The notes: generated from the sequence alone by a model not told the origin. Positions 1 to 11,342 are shown, counted from the first letter of the stretch. The stretch: DNA of 64,000 bases from Hydrurus foetidus (GCA_900617105.1 UYFQ01000023.1:682001-746000); one strand, 5' to 3'. Program-made: numbers and translations.

Positions 1-590
1 ATGAAGTTGCCTTCTTTGCTCAGCACTTCGCGGGCAGCGCCGAAATCGATCATCACAGCTTTGTTTTCATCGGTGATGAAAATATTGGCGGGTTTGATGT
101 CCAAGTGCAGCATCTTGTGTTGATGCACGATGCGCAAACCGCGCAAAATTTCGTCAAACAAAGAGCGGATGGTGGATTCGCGAAAGACTTTTTGCTTCTT
201 CAAGTCCCGCGCAGTGATGATGAAATCTTGCAGGGTGCCACCCTCCAAAAAGTTCATCACCATGTAGACGGTTTCGTTTTCACGAAAGAAATTGAGCACG
301 CTCACCACAGAAGCGTGGGAGATCTGCGCCAGCGACCGGCCTTCTTCAAAAAAGCTTTTCAGGCCGAGGCGGTATAACGAGAGTTTTTCAGGCTGCACTT
401 GGGGCAGCAATTCACCGGGTGCGCGCGTGGCCAGTGAGGTTGGCATGTACTCTTTGATAGCGACTTCTTGGCCTTGCTTGTCCAGCGCCAAATACACCAA
501 ACCGAAGCCGCCAGCAGACAGTTTCTTGACGACTTTATAACCCCCAATCATAGTATCAGGGGGGAGCGATGAGGGTTTTACCTTTGACAT
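1..590 (-). CDS. Hanks-type serine/threonine protein kinase, 3' part outside the window
   Basis: Manual minus-strand translation from ATG at 590 (not in the ORF track because it runs off the edge): MSKVKPSS...LSAGGFGLVYLA...VAIKE...HLDIKPANIF...IDFGAAR, i.e. Gly loop, VAIK, catalytic loop and DFG motifs. Confidence 0.93.
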   Translation of the reverse strand, partial: MSKVKPSSLPPDTMIGGYKVVKKLSAGGFGLVYLALDKQGQEVAIKEYMPTSLATRAPGELLPQVQPEKLSLYRLGLKSFFEEGRSLAQISHASVVSVLNFFRENETVYMVMNFLEGGTLQDFIITARDLKKQKVFRESTIRSLFDEILRGLRIVHQHKMLHLDIKPANIFITDENKAVMIDFGAAREVLSKEGNF

Positions 591-692
591 AATCGCGTGA
601 GTGGAAACGGGCTGAATAACGCTAAAAACCTGCGTTGCTTAAGGCCAATTTTCGCCAGATTTTCCTGTTTTTATAACCATCAAAAGAGCCAA

Positions 693-1670
693 ATGCCAGT
701 TTACAGCATGACGGGTTATGCCAATGCGCAAACCCACGCAGCCTCACCTACTGAGGCGGTAATTGGAAGCGGTGCCTCGACGTTGGTGACACCCAACAGC
801 ATGGGTGCGACCGCCTCCAGCCCGACAGTATCGGCTTCGACTGTGCGCCTAGGTCTGGAGTTGCGCTCGGTCAACAGCCGTTTTTTGGACATTGCGTTTC
901 GCCTACCTGACGAACTACGGCAATATGAACCGGCACTGCGCGACCTGATTCAAACCCATTGCAAGCGCGGCAAAGTGGAATTGCGTGCCAATTTGGACAA
1001 CACCGCCAGCAGTGCGGTGCCAGAACCCTCACCCCGCTTGCTACAGCGCCTGTCGATGCTGCAAAGCAAAGTGCAAAGCTGGTTGCCTGACGTAGTGCCG
1101 CTCAGCGTGGTGGACGTGCTGCGGCTGTCAGCCACCGAAAGCACAAGCCCCAAAGATTGGGGGCCAGAGATCATGGCGCTGGGCAAGGCCGTTGTCACGG
1201 ATTTGCTCGAATCGCGCCAGCGTGAGGGCGCGCGTTTGGCAACCATGTTGCACGAGCGTTTAGCGTCTCTGCGCGCCCTGGTGCTGCAAGCCACCCCCTT
1301 GGTGCCACAATTAATGGAGCAGCAACGCTTGCGTTTTCTTGAACGCTGGAAAGAGGCTTTGAATTTGGCCGATGCCCATGCATTGCCGGAGACGGCACGA
1401 GAGCGAGCACTGACTGAGGCCGCTGCCTTTGCCATCCGAGTGGACGTATCAGAAGAATTAACGCGCCTGGGCTCACACCTGGACGAAATTGCGCGCTTAC
1501 TGACCAAAGGTGGCGACATGGGCAAGCGGTTGGATTTCTTGATTCAAGAGCTGCACCGCGAAGCCAATACTCTGGGGTCTAAATCCAGCGTGCTGGAAAT
1601 GACACGGATCAGTGTGGATATGAAAGTACTGATCGAGCAAATGCGCGAGCAAGTGCAAAATATCGAATAA
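693..1670 (+). CDS. yicC: YicC/YloC family endoribonuclease
   Basis: SMTGYA, ELRSVNSRFLD and GKRLDFLIQELHREANTLGSKS...EQVQNIE motifs; directly upstream of gmk; start set at MPVYSMTG. Confidence 0.93.
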   Translation: MPVYSMTGYANAQTHAASPTEAVIGSGASTLVTPNSMGATASSPTVSASTVRLGLELRSVNSRFLDIAFRLPDELRQYEPALRDLIQTHCKRGKVELRANLDNTASSAVPEPSPRLLQRLSMLQSKVQSWLPDVVPLSVVDVLRLSATESTSPKDWGPEIMALGKAVVTDLLESRQREGARLATMLHERLASLRALVLQATPLVPQLMEQQRLRFLERWKEALNLADAHALPETARERALTEAAAFAIRVDVSEELTRLGSHLDEIARLLTKGGDMGKRLDFLIQELHREANTLGSKSSVLEMTRISVDMKVLIEQMREQVQNIE

Positions 1671-1685
1671 AAATACGGTGCAACT

Positions 1686-2309
1686 ATGGACTATCCCGGA
1701 AATCTCTTTGTCGTGGCCGCCCCCAGTGGGGCTGGAAAATCTAGCTTGGTCAAAGCTTTACAGGAGCTGGATTCGCGGGTTCAACCCTCGGTTTCACACA
1801 CCACCCGCGCGCCCCGAGGGCAGGAAAAGCATGGGCGCGAGTACTTTTTTTGCTCAGAGCCTGAGTTTGATGTCATGGTGGGGCAAAACGCTTTTGTGGA
1901 ATGGGCGCATGTGCATGGCTACCGCTATGGCACGTCCAAAAAGGCCATTGAAGAGCGCATCGCCCAGGGTGCTGATGTGATTTTGGAAATTGACGTGCAG
2001 GGTGCGGCCCAGATTAAAAAAGCCTTTGCCAATGCCGTCTTGATTTTCATACTCCCCCCCAGCTGGGAAGAGCTGCAATCGCGCCTGCAACGTCGTGGTG
2101 AAGACAGCCAGGAAGTGATCGAGACGCGCCTTGAAAACGCCGCGACGGAGATGTCCCACGCACGAGAATTTGACTTCGTTATAATTAATGAGTTATTTGA
2201 GCGTGCTTTGTTCGACATTAAAACCATCGTTCATGCGCAGCGCCTCAAGTTTGCTGCGCAACGTCGTGCTAAAGCCGATGTGTTTGCAGCGCTGAACATT
2301 GCGTTTTAA
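1686..2309 (+). CDS. gmk: Guanylate kinase
   Basis: APSGAGKS P-loop, [21 protein letters not shown]; yicC-gmk-rpoZ-spoT synteny. Confidence 0.97.
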   Translation: MDYPGNLFVVAAPSGAGKSSLVKALQELDSRVQPSVSHTTRAPRGQEKHGREYFFCSEPEFDVMVGQNAFVEWAHVHGYRYGTSKKAIEERIAQGADVILEIDVQGAAQIKKAFANAVLIFILPPSWEELQSRLQRRGEDSQEVIETRLENAATEMSHAREFDFVIINELFERALFDIKTIVHAQRLKFAAQRRAKADVFAALNIAF

Positions 2310-2339
2310 GCGCTACCCACCGTTCCCCGGAGAAGATTT

Positions 2340-2543
2340 ATGGCCCGCATCACTGTTGAAGACTGCTTAGAGAAAATCCCCAACCGCTTTCAACTCGTGT
2401 TGGCGGCCACTTACCGGGCACGCATGCTGAGCCAAGGGCACACCGCAAAAATCGAGAGCAAAAACAAACCAGCTGTAACTGCTTTGCGCGAAATCGCTGC
2501 GGGCAAAATCGGCTTGGAAATGCTGAAAAAAGTACCCGGCTAA
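2340..2543 (+). CDS. rpoZ: RNA polymerase omega subunit
   Basis: [10 protein letters not shown]...NRFQLVL...[10 protein letters not shown]. Confidence 0.97.
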   Translation: MARITVEDCLEKIPNRFQLVLAATYRARMLSQGHTAKIESKNKPAVTALREIAAGKIGLEMLKKVPG

Positions 2544-2564
2544 TCCCTGCGCTCCACCAGCGAC

Positions 2565-2589
2565 AAAGCGCCTTCAGTGGCGCTTTTTT
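2565..2589 (+). terminator. Intrinsic terminator after rpoZ
   Basis: aaagcgcc-ttcagt-ggcgcttt stem-loop followed by a T run. Confidence 0.7.
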
Positions 2590-2721
2590 ATGGGTAAATT
2601 CAGGGATCAAGGATGACTCATACCCAGAATCAGGCAAGGTAATAACAGCAAAACCCTTGGTTTTATCACCTGAACCGTACAAAACACCTGGCGTTGCCTG
2701 CAAGCAGGCTATATTGAGGTC

Positions 2722-4983
2722 ATGAGCGATGCCACTCCCCCACCCCAAAACAAACCTGCGACTAAACCGTCCATCCCCCACAGCCCCGCAGCCGCCAATG
2801 CCGCAGCGGCCAGTTTTGCCGCCTTAACCACCAAACTGGACTACCTTTCGACTGAAGAGGCCGAGCAAGTCCGTCTTGCCTACCGGTTTGCCGACTCTGC
2901 CCACCTTGGGCAAATGCGCAAAGACGGTGGGCCGTACATTACCCACCCCATCGCTGTCACAGCCCAATGTGCCGATTGGAAGCTGGATGCCCAAGCGCTG
3001 ATGGCCGCGCTGCTGCACGATGTGATGGAAGACTGTGGCATCGCCAAGCACGAGTTGATCGAACGTTTTGGTGCACCCGTGGCCGATTTGGTTGACGGTC
3101 TAACCAAGCTGGATAAACTGCAATTCAACTCGCGCAAAGAGAACCAGTCGGAGTCGTTCCGCAAAATGCTGCTGGCCATGGCACGCGATGTACGTGTGAT
3201 CCTCATCAAACTGGCCGATCGCACGCACAACATGCGCACCATGACAGAGATGTCACGCGACCGCCAGTTGCGCATTTCCACTGAAACCTTGGAAATCTAC
3301 GCTCCTATCGCTCACCGACTGGGTTTAAACGAAATTTACCGTGAATTGCAGGAATTGGCGTTCCGCTTCTTGCACCCCTGGCGCCACAAAATACTGACCA
3401 AAGCCATCACCAAAACGCGCAACCGCCGCCGTGATTTACTCCAAAAAATACTGCAAGAGGTGGAAGCCGCATTAGCGCAAGCGGGCATCAAGATACGCAT
3501 TGCAGGACGCGAGAAAGCGCTCTACTCCATCTACCGAAAAATGGACTTTAAACACCTGAGTTTTGCACAGGTCACGGACATTTACGGTTTTCGCGTCATC
3601 GTCCCCTCCATCACAGACTGCTACACCGCTTTGGGCGTGCTGCACCAACTGTACAAGCCCGTTCCCGGTAAATTCAAAGACCACATCGCGATTTCCAAAA
3701 TCAATGGCTACCAGTCTTTGCACACCACTTTGGTTGGCCCTGCGAGTATCAATATAGAGTTCCAGATGCGTACCGAGGCCATGCACACGATAGCCGAATC
3801 TGGAGTAGCCGCACACTGGCTGTACAAAGCCAGCAACCCCGACAGCGGACCACCAGACCGCTTAGGTAACAAGTGGCTGCAATCCATGCTCGACATTCAG
3901 GACGAAACCCGTGATGCTGCCGAATTTTGGGACAACATCAAAGACGAGCTGTACCCCCACGCCGTCTACGTGTTCACCCCAAAAGGGAAAATCATGTCGA
4001 TGCCACGGGGAGCCACCTTGCTAGATTTCGCCTATGAAATCCACAGCAATGTGGGAGATCACACCATCAGCGCCAGCATTGGTGGTCAACAGGTTCCGCT
4101 GCGCACCGAACTCAAAAACGGGGATGTTGTTGAAGTGGTCACTGACCCTCGTGCAACACCCAATCCAGCTTGGTTGGGTTTTGTACGCACAGGCCGTGCA
4201 CGCTCCAAAATTCGCCATTACCTCAAGACCATGGCACAAACTGAATCGGTAGGTCTGGGTGAGCAACTGCTTACTCAGGCCCTGCGCGCCGAGGGTATTG
4301 AGAAACTCCCACCACAAAGTCCTGCCTACCAAAGCCTGTGGGACAAACTGTTGCGCTTCACAGGCAACCGCAGTAACAGTGAATTGCTGACCGATATTGG
4401 TCTTGGCAAACGCATTGCCAGCATCGTGGCCAAGCGCTTGGTGATCTTATTAGCTGAAACAGGGGAAAAACCCGATGCCGTGCTGATGACCCGCGAACGT
4501 TACAGTGCCCAAGAGTCCAGCGGCTCCAGCGCCGTCGCGTTGGACGGCAGTGAAAACGCATCCGTTCAGTTCTCGTCTTGCTGTTGGCCAGTTCCTGGAG
4601 ACAAGATCCTCGGCTACTTGGGGCGTGGTGAAGGTTTGGTCATCCACTGTGAAGACTGCGCTATCGCCAAACGGCTACAGCATAAAGATCGTGAGCGCTT
4701 CATTCACGTGGAATGGTCAGATGAGCCTGTTCGTCAATTTGAATCTCGCTTGGTCGTCACCGTATCCAACGGCAAAGGCGTGCTGGCCCGCGTCGCCAAT
4801 ACCGTGGCTAACGCACAAGCCGACATTGCACACATCGACATGGCCGAGGAATCTGTCCACGATGCCACAGACTTGCGCCTGACGGTTGCAGTGCAGGATT
4901 TAGCGCACTTAGAGGTCGTGATCCGCGCCCTTCAGCGTACCAACTCTGTACTGAACGTACACCGGGCACGGTCTTCTAGCTAA
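2722..4983 (+). CDS. spoT: Bifunctional (p)ppGpp synthetase/hydrolase
   Basis: Intact HD hydrolase motifs (PYITHP, ALLHDVMED), synthetase NGYQSLHT, TGS (VFTPKG) and ACT domains; follows rpoZ. Confidence 0.95.
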   Translation: MSDATPPPQNKPATKPSIPHSPAAANAAAASFAALTTKLDYLSTEEAEQVRLAYRFADSAHLGQMRKDGGPYITHPIAVTAQCADWKLDAQALMAALLHDVMEDCGIAKHELIERFGAPVADLVDGLTKLDKLQFNSRKENQSESFRKMLLAMARDVRVILIKLADRTHNMRTMTEMSRDRQLRISTETLEIYAPIAHRLGLNEIYRELQELAFRFLHPWRHKILTKAITKTRNRRRDLLQKILQEVEAALAQAGIKIRIAGREKALYSIYRKMDFKHLSFAQVTDIYGFRVIVPSITDCYTALGVLHQLYKPVPGKFKDHIAISKINGYQSLHTTLVGPASINIEFQMRTEAMHTIAESGVAAHWLYKASNPDSGPPDRLGNKWLQSMLDIQDETRDAAEFWDNIKDELYPHAVYVFTPKGKIMSMPRGATLLDFAYEIHSNVGDHTISASIGGQQVPLRTELKNGDVVEVVTDPRATPNPAWLGFVRTGRARSKIRHYLKTMAQTESVGLGEQLLTQALRAEGIEKLPPQSPAYQSLWDKLLRFTGNRSNSELLTDIGLGKRIASIVAKRLVILLAETGEKPDAVLMTRERYSAQESSGSSAVALDGSENASVQFSSCCWPVPGDKILGYLGRGEGLVIHCEDCAIAKRLQHKDRERFIHVEWSDEPVRQFESRLVVTVSNGKGVLARVANTVANAQADIAHIDMAEESVHDATDLRLTVAVQDLAHLEVVIRALQRTNSVLNVHRARSSS

Positions 4984-5543
4984 GCCGCTGCGCTGGGGGC
5001 AGGGTAAGTCACCGTCAGAACCTCTACTTCTTGCAAGCCCCCAGGTGTCATCAACCGCAGCACATCCCCCACACGCGCCTTCAGCAAGGTACGTGCAATT
5101 GGCGAGACCCAGCTCACCTGGTTTTGGGCATTGTCGGCTTCGTCAATCCCCAAAATGGTGACGGTACGGGTCACACCCACGTCGTCCACATACGCGACGG
5201 TTGCACCAAAAAACACCTGATCTCCGCCATAGTGGATGCTGGGGTCGCTGGGCACGGCCATGTCCAGCCGCTGAGTTAAAAATCGAATGCGCCGGTCAAT
5301 TTCGCGCAGGCGTTTTTTGCCATAAATGTAGTCACCGTTCTCAGACCTGTCCCCGTTGCTGGCCGCCCAATGGACGACTTCAACAATCTTGGGCCGCTGC
5401 ACATCCATCAGGTCAAGCCACTCAGCGCGCAGTGCAACGTAGCCTTGCGGAGTGATGTAGTTTTTAGTGCCTGCGGGCAAGCCTGGTGCCAAATCCGTTG
5501 CATCATCATCACTGTCTTGATCTTTGGTGAAGGCTTTGCTCAT
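4980..5543 (-). CDS. greB: Transcription elongation factor GreB
   Basis: NYITPQG, WAASNGDRSENGDYIYGKKRLREIDRRIRFL, VSWVSPIAR; start set at MSKAFTK. Confidence 0.95.
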   Translation of the reverse strand: MSKAFTKDQDSDDDATDLAPGLPAGTKNYITPQGYVALRAEWLDLMDVQRPKIVEVVHWAASNGDRSENGDYIYGKKRLREIDRRIRFLTQRLDMAVPSDPSIHYGGDQVFFGATVAYVDDVGVTRTVTILGIDEADNAQNQVSWVSPIARTLLKARVGDVLRLMTPGGLQEVEVLTVTYPAPSAAA

Positions 5544-5605
5544 AAGGTGAACTCTCCAACGCAACGCCAAAACTGAACACGGAATGGCATGAAACTGCCT
5601 TTTAT

Positions 5606-6154
5606 CTATGCAAAGGTCTGCGCATAGCGCAGCAGCAAACCAACTTGGTCTTTGCCCGAGAGCTGTGGAGCCGTGCTCAGCGCAGGCCAAGCGATGCCAA
5701 TCGCAGGATCATTCCATGCAATGCAACGCTCGGCGGCTGGCAGGTAGTAATCGGTCGTCTTGTACACAAAATCAGCACGCTCAGTGAGCACCAAGAACCC
5801 ATGGGCGAACCCGGCGGGCACCCAGAGCTGCTTGTGGTTGTCTTCGCTCAGCTCAACGCCCACCCATTGCCCAAACGTAGGCGACGATTTGCGAATGTCC
5901 ACCGCCACATCGAACACAGCCCCTCGCACCACCCGCACCAGCTTGCCCTGGGGTTGCTGGAGTTGGTAATGCAGGCCACGCAACACGCCTTGGGCAGAGC
6001 GGGAATGGTTGTCTTGGACGAATATCTCATTCAACCCTGTGGCCTCGTTAAAGGCTTTTTGGTTGAAGCTTTCAAAAAAGAAACCTCGGGCATCCCCAAA
6101 GACTTTGGGCTCTATCACGAATACATCAGGGATGGCGGTGGCAGTCGCTTTCAT
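5606..6154 (-). CDS. rfbC: dTDP-4-dehydrorhamnose 3,5-epimerase
   Basis: [35 protein letters not shown]. Confidence 0.96.
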   Translation of the reverse strand: MKATATAIPDVFVIEPKVFGDARGFFFESFNQKAFNEATGLNEIFVQDNHSRSAQGVLRGLHYQLQQPQGKLVRVVRGAVFDVAVDIRKSSPTFGQWVGVELSEDNHKQLWVPAGFAHGFLVLTERADFVYKTTDYYLPAAERCIAWNDPAIGIAWPALSTAPQLSGKDQVGLLLRYAQTFA

Positions 6155-7074
6155 AGCGGTGACTTTTCTTTCACCATGCGCAACAAATACTGCCCATAAC
6201 CATTTTTCAGCATCGGCTTGGCCAGTACTTCAACTTGTTCATCACTGATAAACCCGCGCCGCCATGCAATCTCTTCAGGGCAAGCAATCTTCAAGCCTTG
6301 GCGGTGCTCCAGGGTGGCGATGAACTGGCTGGCTTCGAGCAAGCTCTCGTGCGTGCCCGTGTCCAGCCACGCATAGCCTCGTTGCATGATTTGCACGTTG
6401 AGCTGGCCTTTGTCCAGATACGCCTGGTTGACAGCGGTGATTTCCAACTCACCACGGGCGCTGGGCTTGACGGCTTTGGCAATATTGACGACTTGGCTGT
6501 CGTAAAAGTACAGGCCCGTCACCGCGTAATTGCTTTGAGGTTGCAGTGGCTTCTCTTCAATGCTGCTGGCTTTGCCTTGCGCATCAAAGGCAACCACGCC
6601 GTAGCGCTCAGGGTCTTGGACGTGGTAGGCGAACACAGCGGCGCCTGTGGCTTGGGTATCAGCCTGTTTGAGCAGATGTTCGAAATCGTGGCCGTAAAAG
6701 ATGTTATCGCCCAACACCAAGGCGCTGGGGGCGATGGTGCCGTCCACGTTGGTCAGAAACTGCTCGCCAATCAGAAACGCTTGGGCGAGCCCGTCCGGGC
6801 TGGCTTGAACGGCGTACTGCAAATTCAAACCCCATTGCGAACCATCACCCAACAGTTGGACAAACCTGGGCGTGTCTTGCGGCGTGCTGATGATGAGAAT
6901 GTCGCGGATACCCGCGAGCATCAGCGTGCTCAAGGGGTAGTACACCATCGGTTTGTCGTACACGGGCAGCAGCTGCTTGCTCATGGCCAGCGTAGCGGGG
7001 TGCAGTCGGGTGCCAGAGCCTCCGGCGAGGATGATGCCTTTGCGCTGTGTGGGTGTGAGCGTGGGCGAGGTCAT
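6151..7074 (-). CDS. rfbA: Glucose-1-phosphate thymidylyltransferase
   Basis: [35 protein letters not shown] overlaps the rfbD stop. Confidence 0.96.
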   Translation of the reverse strand: MTSPTLTPTQRKGIILAGGSGTRLHPATLAMSKQLLPVYDKPMVYYPLSTLMLAGIRDILIISTPQDTPRFVQLLGDGSQWGLNLQYAVQASPDGLAQAFLIGEQFLTNVDGTIAPSALVLGDNIFYGHDFEHLLKQADTQATGAAVFAYHVQDPERYGVVAFDAQGKASSIEEKPLQPQSNYAVTGLYFYDSQVVNIAKAVKPSARGELEITAVNQAYLDKGQLNVQIMQRGYAWLDTGTHESLLEASQFIATLEHRQGLKIACPEEIAWRRGFISDEQVEVLAKPMLKNGYGQYLLRMVKEKSPL

Positions 7075-7961
7075 AAAATTTCTTTCAACATGCGTGCAAC
7101 ACCGGTTTGCCAATGCGGCAGTTGCAGGCCAAAGGTGCTTTGAAGTTTGTGGGTGTTCAGGCGCGAGTTCATCGGGCGCTGCGCGGGTGTGGGGAAGGCA
7201 CTGGTGGACACAGGGTCAACCACGTTAGCTGCTATTTTTATAGCTGCTTTAGCTTGCTGAGCCTGCTCGATGACATATTTGGCGTAGCCATGCCAAGAGG
7301 TTTCACCACCGGCGACGAGGTGGTACAGGCCAGCATCGGCAGGATGGGCGATGACGTGGCGTATCGCATGGGCAGTCACATCGGCCAACAGGTCAGCCCC
7401 AGTGGGCGCGCCGATTTGGTCATCGATGACGGTGAGTCGCTCGCGCTCTTGAGCTAGCCGAAGCATGGTTTTGGCGAAGTTGCCACCGCGTGCGGCGTAA
7501 ACCCAGCTGGTGCGCAAAATCAGATGGCGGGGGCAGTGGGCGGCAATGAGCTGCTCGCCTTCCAGCTTGGTCGCACCGTAGACGCTCAAAGGGCCGGTGG
7601 CATCCGATTCAATCCAAGGGGTGCTCCCGCTGCCATCAAACACATAGTCGGTGGAGTAGTGAACCAACAATGCGCCCACGTTGTGCGCGGCCTGAGCCAG
7701 GGCGGCAGGGGCGAGTGCATTCAGGGTGCGGGCAAGCTCGGGCTCGCTTTCGGCTTTGTCGACAGCCGTGTGGGCAGCGGCGTTGACGATCACGTCGGGT
7801 TTGACGCGCTGAACGGTGTCTGCCAAGCCTGCGAGGTTGGTGAAATCGCCACACAGCTCAGTGCTGTCAAAGTCGAGGGCGATGAGTTCACCCAGAGGTT
7901 GCAGGCTGCGCTGGAGTTCCCAGCCGACTTGGCCGCCTTTGCCAAAGAGGAGGATTTTCAT
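7071..7961 (-). CDS. rfbD: dTDP-4-dehydrorhamnose reductase
   Basis: [32 protein letters not shown]. Confidence 0.96.
   Translation of the reverse strand: MKILLFGKGGQVGWELQRSLQPLGELIALDFDSTELCGDFTNLAGLADTVQRVKPDVIVNAAAHTAVDKAESEPELARTLNALAPAALAQAAHNVGALLVHYSTDYVFDGSGSTPWIESDATGPLSVYGATKLEGEQLIAAHCPRHLILRTSWVYAARGGNFAKTMLRLAQERERLTVIDDQIGAPTGADLLADVTAHAIRHVIAHPADAGLYHLVAGGETSWHGYAKYVIEQAQQAKAAIKIAANVVDPVSTSAFPTPAQRPMNSRLNTHKLQSTFGLQLPHWQTGVARMLKEIL
7228..7280 (+). repeat. Dispersed fixed-spacing motif, copy inside rfbD
   Basis: gctgctatttttatagc-tgcttta-gc-ttgctgagcctgc-tcga-tgacatattt. Confidence 0.55.
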
Positions 7962-9061
7962 GCGCTGACGGCCTGGGTTGAATCAACTGTTTTGGCAGCG
8001 TCACGCTCGGCGTAGTTGGCGCTGACCCAATCCCGGTAGGCACCGCTTTGCACTTGGGCCACCCAGTCTGCGTTCGCCAAATACCAAGCAACGGTTTTGC
8101 GGATACCGGTCTCAAAGGTCTCGCTGGGCCGCCAGCCGAGTTCGCGCTCGATCTTGCTCGCGTCAATGGCGTAACGGCGGTCGTGTCCTGGACGATCCGT
8201 GACTGTGGTGATTTGCGTAGAGTAGCCCGTACCATCGGCTTTGGGGCGGAGTTCATCCAGCAGTGCGCACACGGTGTGGACTATGTCGATATTGGGCTTT
8301 TCGTTCCAACCGCCAACGTTGTAGGTTTCACCCAAGCGGCCTGCTTCCAGCACACGGCGGATGGCGCTGCAATGGTCTTTGACGTAAAGCCAGTCGCGGA
8401 TTTGCATACCGTCGCCGTAGATGGGCAAAGGCTTGCCAGCCAGGGCGTTGACGATCATCAGTGGGATGAGTTTTTCAGGGAAGTGGTAGGGGCCGTAGTT
8501 GTTGGAGCAGTTGGTGGTGAGCACCGGCAAGCCATAGGTGTGGTGGTAGGCGCGCACCAAGTGGTCGCTGGCGGCTTTGCTCGCGGAATACGGGCTGTTG
8601 GGCTCGTAGCGGTGGGTTTCGGTGAAAGCCGGGTCGCTGGGGCCCAAAGAGCCATAAACCTCGTCGGTGGAGACGTGGAGCAGGCGAAAGGCTGCGGCTT
8701 GAGGCGCAGACAGTGCCTTCCAATAGGCACGCACCGCCTCCAACATGGCGAAGCTGCCGACGATGTTGGTTTGCACAAAGGCTTCGGGGCCAAGGATGGA
8801 GCGGTCAACATGAGATTCAGCGGCGAAGTTGAGGACGGCACGGGGCTGGTGTGTACTGAGCAGGCGTGTCCACAAGGCGCTGTCGGCGATATCACCTTGC
8901 ACGAAGATGTGCCGAGGGTCGCCTGCAAGAGAGGCGAGGTTGGCCAAGTTGCCAGCGTAGGTCAGGTTGTCGAGATTGACGACCGGCTCGTCGCTTTGCG
9001 CCAGCCAGTCCAATACAAAATTACTGCCGATGAAGCCCGCGCCACCTGTCACTAAAATCAT
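7958..9061 (-). CDS. rfbB: dTDP-glucose 4,6-dehydratase
   Basis: [41 protein letters not shown]. Confidence 0.97.
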   Translation of the reverse strand: MILVTGGAGFIGSNFVLDWLAQSDEPVVNLDNLTYAGNLANLASLAGDPRHIFVQGDIADSALWTRLLSTHQPRAVLNFAAESHVDRSILGPEAFVQTNIVGSFAMLEAVRAYWKALSAPQAAAFRLLHVSTDEVYGSLGPSDPAFTETHRYEPNSPYSASKAASDHLVRAYHHTYGLPVLTTNCSNNYGPYHFPEKLIPLMIVNALAGKPLPIYGDGMQIRDWLYVKDHCSAIRRVLEAGRLGETYNVGGWNEKPNIDIVHTVCALLDELRPKADGTGYSTQITTVTDRPGHDRRYAIDASKIERELGWRPSETFETGIRKTVAWYLANADWVAQVQSGAYRDWVSANYAERDAAKTVDSTQAVSA

Positions 9062-9177
9062 TTAAAACCTTTTTCAATGGGTAAATTGAGAACTTAATTA
9101 ACTGCGGTTTTAGCGCATTTAAATTAAATTATCAAAAGATTTCAAAATATCTTGCCATCTTTATGTCAGCTTCAATT

Positions 9178-9528
9178 TTAACTCCCCCGGTAAGTTGAAT
9201 AGCTCCAAGGACTGACCAGCAGCGGCACATGGTAGTGCTGATCAGTGTGGGCAACACCAAAGTCCAATGCCACGTGGTTCAAGAAATTAGGCTCAGGCAA
9301 CACCACACCGCGTACTTTGAAGTACCCCGCCACATCAAACACCAACCGGTAAGTGCCCACTTGCAAGGTTGCGTTGTCATACAACGGACTGTCGCTGCGG
9401 CCATCGGCATTCAGCACAAAGCGGCGCACCAAAGTGGCGGTATCGCCTAGCGTGGTGTAAAGCGCCACAGCCATGCCAGCGGCTGGCCCGCCGTGCATGG
9501 TGTCGAGGACGTGGGTAGAAAGGCCCAT
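9178..9528 (-). CDS. uraH: 5-hydroxyisourate hydrolase (transthyretin-like)
   Basis: LSTHVLD at the N-terminus and HYHVPLL...YSTYRGS at the C-terminus. Confidence 0.95.
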   Translation of the reverse strand: MGLSTHVLDTMHGGPAAGMAVALYTTLGDTATLVRRFVLNADGRSDSPLYDNATLQVGTYRLVFDVAGYFKVRGVVLPEPNFLNHVALDFGVAHTDQHYHVPLLVSPWSYSTYRGS

Positions 9529-9585
9529 AGCAATAACTCCTTGGTACGTGAAAACTTGATAAGGTGAGGGGGTGATAAAGCACGC

Positions 9586-9603
9586 TAAAGTGTATACACT
9601 TTA
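9586..9603. promoter_or_regulatory. Probable GntR operator between uraH and the GntR gene
   Basis: Perfect 18 bp palindrome TAAAGTGTATACACTTTA in the divergent intergenic region; related AAAGTGTATACAAAA at 15242-15256. Confidence 0.7.
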
Positions 9604-9648
9604 TCCTTCACGCCTCACCCCCTCTACCTACTTTGGTTTGCTGCCTGC

Positions 9649-10314
9649 ATGGAATCATCCACCACCCTGTCGATTGTCGAAGCCCTGACCAAAGCAATTG
9701 CAGAGCGACGCCTGCAACCTGGCACCAAATTGGCGGAGCAAAAGCTGGCCACCCATTTTGGGGTGTCGCGCACCCTGGTGAGGCAAGCTTTGTACCAACT
9801 GGCACAAAACCGACTTGTCACACTGGAACCCGCACGGGGTGCGTTCGTCTCAGCACCGTCGGCGCAAGAGGCCAAGCAGGTTTTTGCCGTGCGCCGCATG
9901 CTGGAAGCCGAAATGGCACGGGCCTTCGTCCTGGTGCAAACCCCGGCCAAACTCAAAGCACTGCGTACCCATGTGGCACAAGAAAAAGCCGCCCTGGTCT
10001 CCAAAACGGTGGCTGGGCGCAATGAGCTGCTGAGCGATTTCCATGTGCGCATGGCTGAATTGCTGGGCAATGAGGTGCTGGCACAGCTGTTGGGTGAGTT
10101 GATTTCCCGCTGTGCCCTCATCACCCTGATGTACCAAACCGACAAGCACGCGGCCCACAACGCCGACGAACACGAAGCCATCGTCAAAGCCCTGAGCGAG
10201 CGCAATGCCGATGAAGCCGTACGCCTGATGACGGAACACCTGGAACATGTAGAGCAGAACTTGGTGTTCGACCAGACCCGGCCGGCTCCCACCTTAGCTA
10301 TGGCGCTGGCATAA
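9649..10314 (+). CDS. GntR (FCD) family transcriptional regulator of purine catabolism
   Basis: Winged HTH LQPGTKLAEQKLATHFGVSRTLVRQAL plus FCD motifs FH...GN...EH...H. Confidence 0.9.
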   Translation: MESSTTLSIVEALTKAIAERRLQPGTKLAEQKLATHFGVSRTLVRQALYQLAQNRLVTLEPARGAFVSAPSAQEAKQVFAVRRMLEAEMARAFVLVQTPAKLKALRTHVAQEKAALVSKTVAGRNELLSDFHVRMAELLGNEVLAQLLGELISRCALITLMYQTDKHAAHNADEHEAIVKALSERNADEAVRLMTEHLEHVEQNLVFDQTRPAPTLAMALA

Positions 10315-10355
10315 ATTCCAGCACCACTCACAAAACACTGTCTCGCGATGCCACC

Positions 10356-11342
10356 ATGATTTACGACACCACCCTCCCCTACCCCCGTGATCTTGCCGGT
10401 TACGGTGCCCAACCACCCCACGCGCAGTGGCCAGGACAGGCCCGTATCGCGGTGCAGTTTGTGCTGAACTTTGAGGAAGGCGGCGAAAACTGCGAACTGC
10501 ATGGTGACCCGCATTCTGAGACTTTTTTATCCGAACTGGTAACGGCGCAAGCCTATGAAAACCGGCACATGACGATGGAGTCGATGTACGAATACGGCTC
10601 GCGCGCTGGCGTGTGGCGCATCTTGCGCGAGTTTGAAAACCGCAAACTGCCGCTCACCATTTTTGGTGTGGCACAGGCGCTGGAGCGTTGCCCCGACATC
10701 ACGCAGGCCTTCATGGCACTGGGCCATGAAATCGCCTGCCACGGCTTCAAATGGATCCACTACCAAAACCTGCCTGAAGCCACCGAGCGCCGCCACATCG
10801 CCATCGCCAGCACCATCCTCAAAGAATTGACGAAAGGCGCATGGCCACTGGGCTGGTACACCGGGCGTGACAGCCCTAACACACGCCGCTTGGTGGCTGA
10901 ACACGGCGGCTACGAATACGACAGCGATTACTACGGCGACGATTTGCCGTTCTGGATGCGCATCGCCACATCAGACGGCACGGTGGTGCCGCATCTGGTG
11001 GTGCCCTACGCGCTGGACACCAACGACATGCGCTTTGTGCAAACCCAAGGTTTCAACACCGGCGAGCACTTCTTCAACTACCTGCGCGACAGCTTTGACA
11101 CGCTGTATGCCGAAGGCGACCCCGCAGGGCTGAACCGCCCCAAGATGATGAGCGTGGGCATGCACTGCCGCGTGCTGGGCAAACCGGGGCGCATTGGCGC
11201 ACTGAAGCGCTTTTTAGACCACATCCAAAGCCATGACGGTGTGTGGATTCCGCGCCGTATTGAGATCGCTCGGCATTGGAAAGCCACCCATCCCTGTCCC
11301 CTGAGTTCCCCCTTACCTCTCTACATCAAGGAATCCTCATGA
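10356..11342 (+). CDS. puuE: Allantoinase PuuE (polysaccharide deacetylase fold)
   Basis: YPRDLAGYG, VQFVLNFEEGGE, YEYGSRAG, GWYTGR, GMHCR. Confidence 0.93.
   Translation: MIYDTTLPYPRDLAGYGAQPPHAQWPGQARIAVQFVLNFEEGGENCELHGDPHSETFLSELVTAQAYENRHMTMESMYEYGSRAGVWRILREFENRKLPLTIFGVAQALERCPDITQAFMALGHEIACHGFKWIHYQNLPEATERRHIAIASTILKELTKGAWPLGWYTGRDSPNTRRLVAEHGGYEYDSDYYGDDLPFWMRIATSDGTVVPHLVVPYALDTNDMRFVQTQGFNTGEHFFNYLRDSFDTLYAEGDPAGLNRPKMMSVGMHCRVLGKPGRIGALKRFLDHIQSHDGVWIPRRIEIARHWKATHPCPLSSPLPLYIKESS

Noticed and set aside
9062..9177. AT-rich region upstream of rfbB
   Set aside because: Consistent with an ordinary promoter; no ops/JUMPStart or RNA structure recognised.
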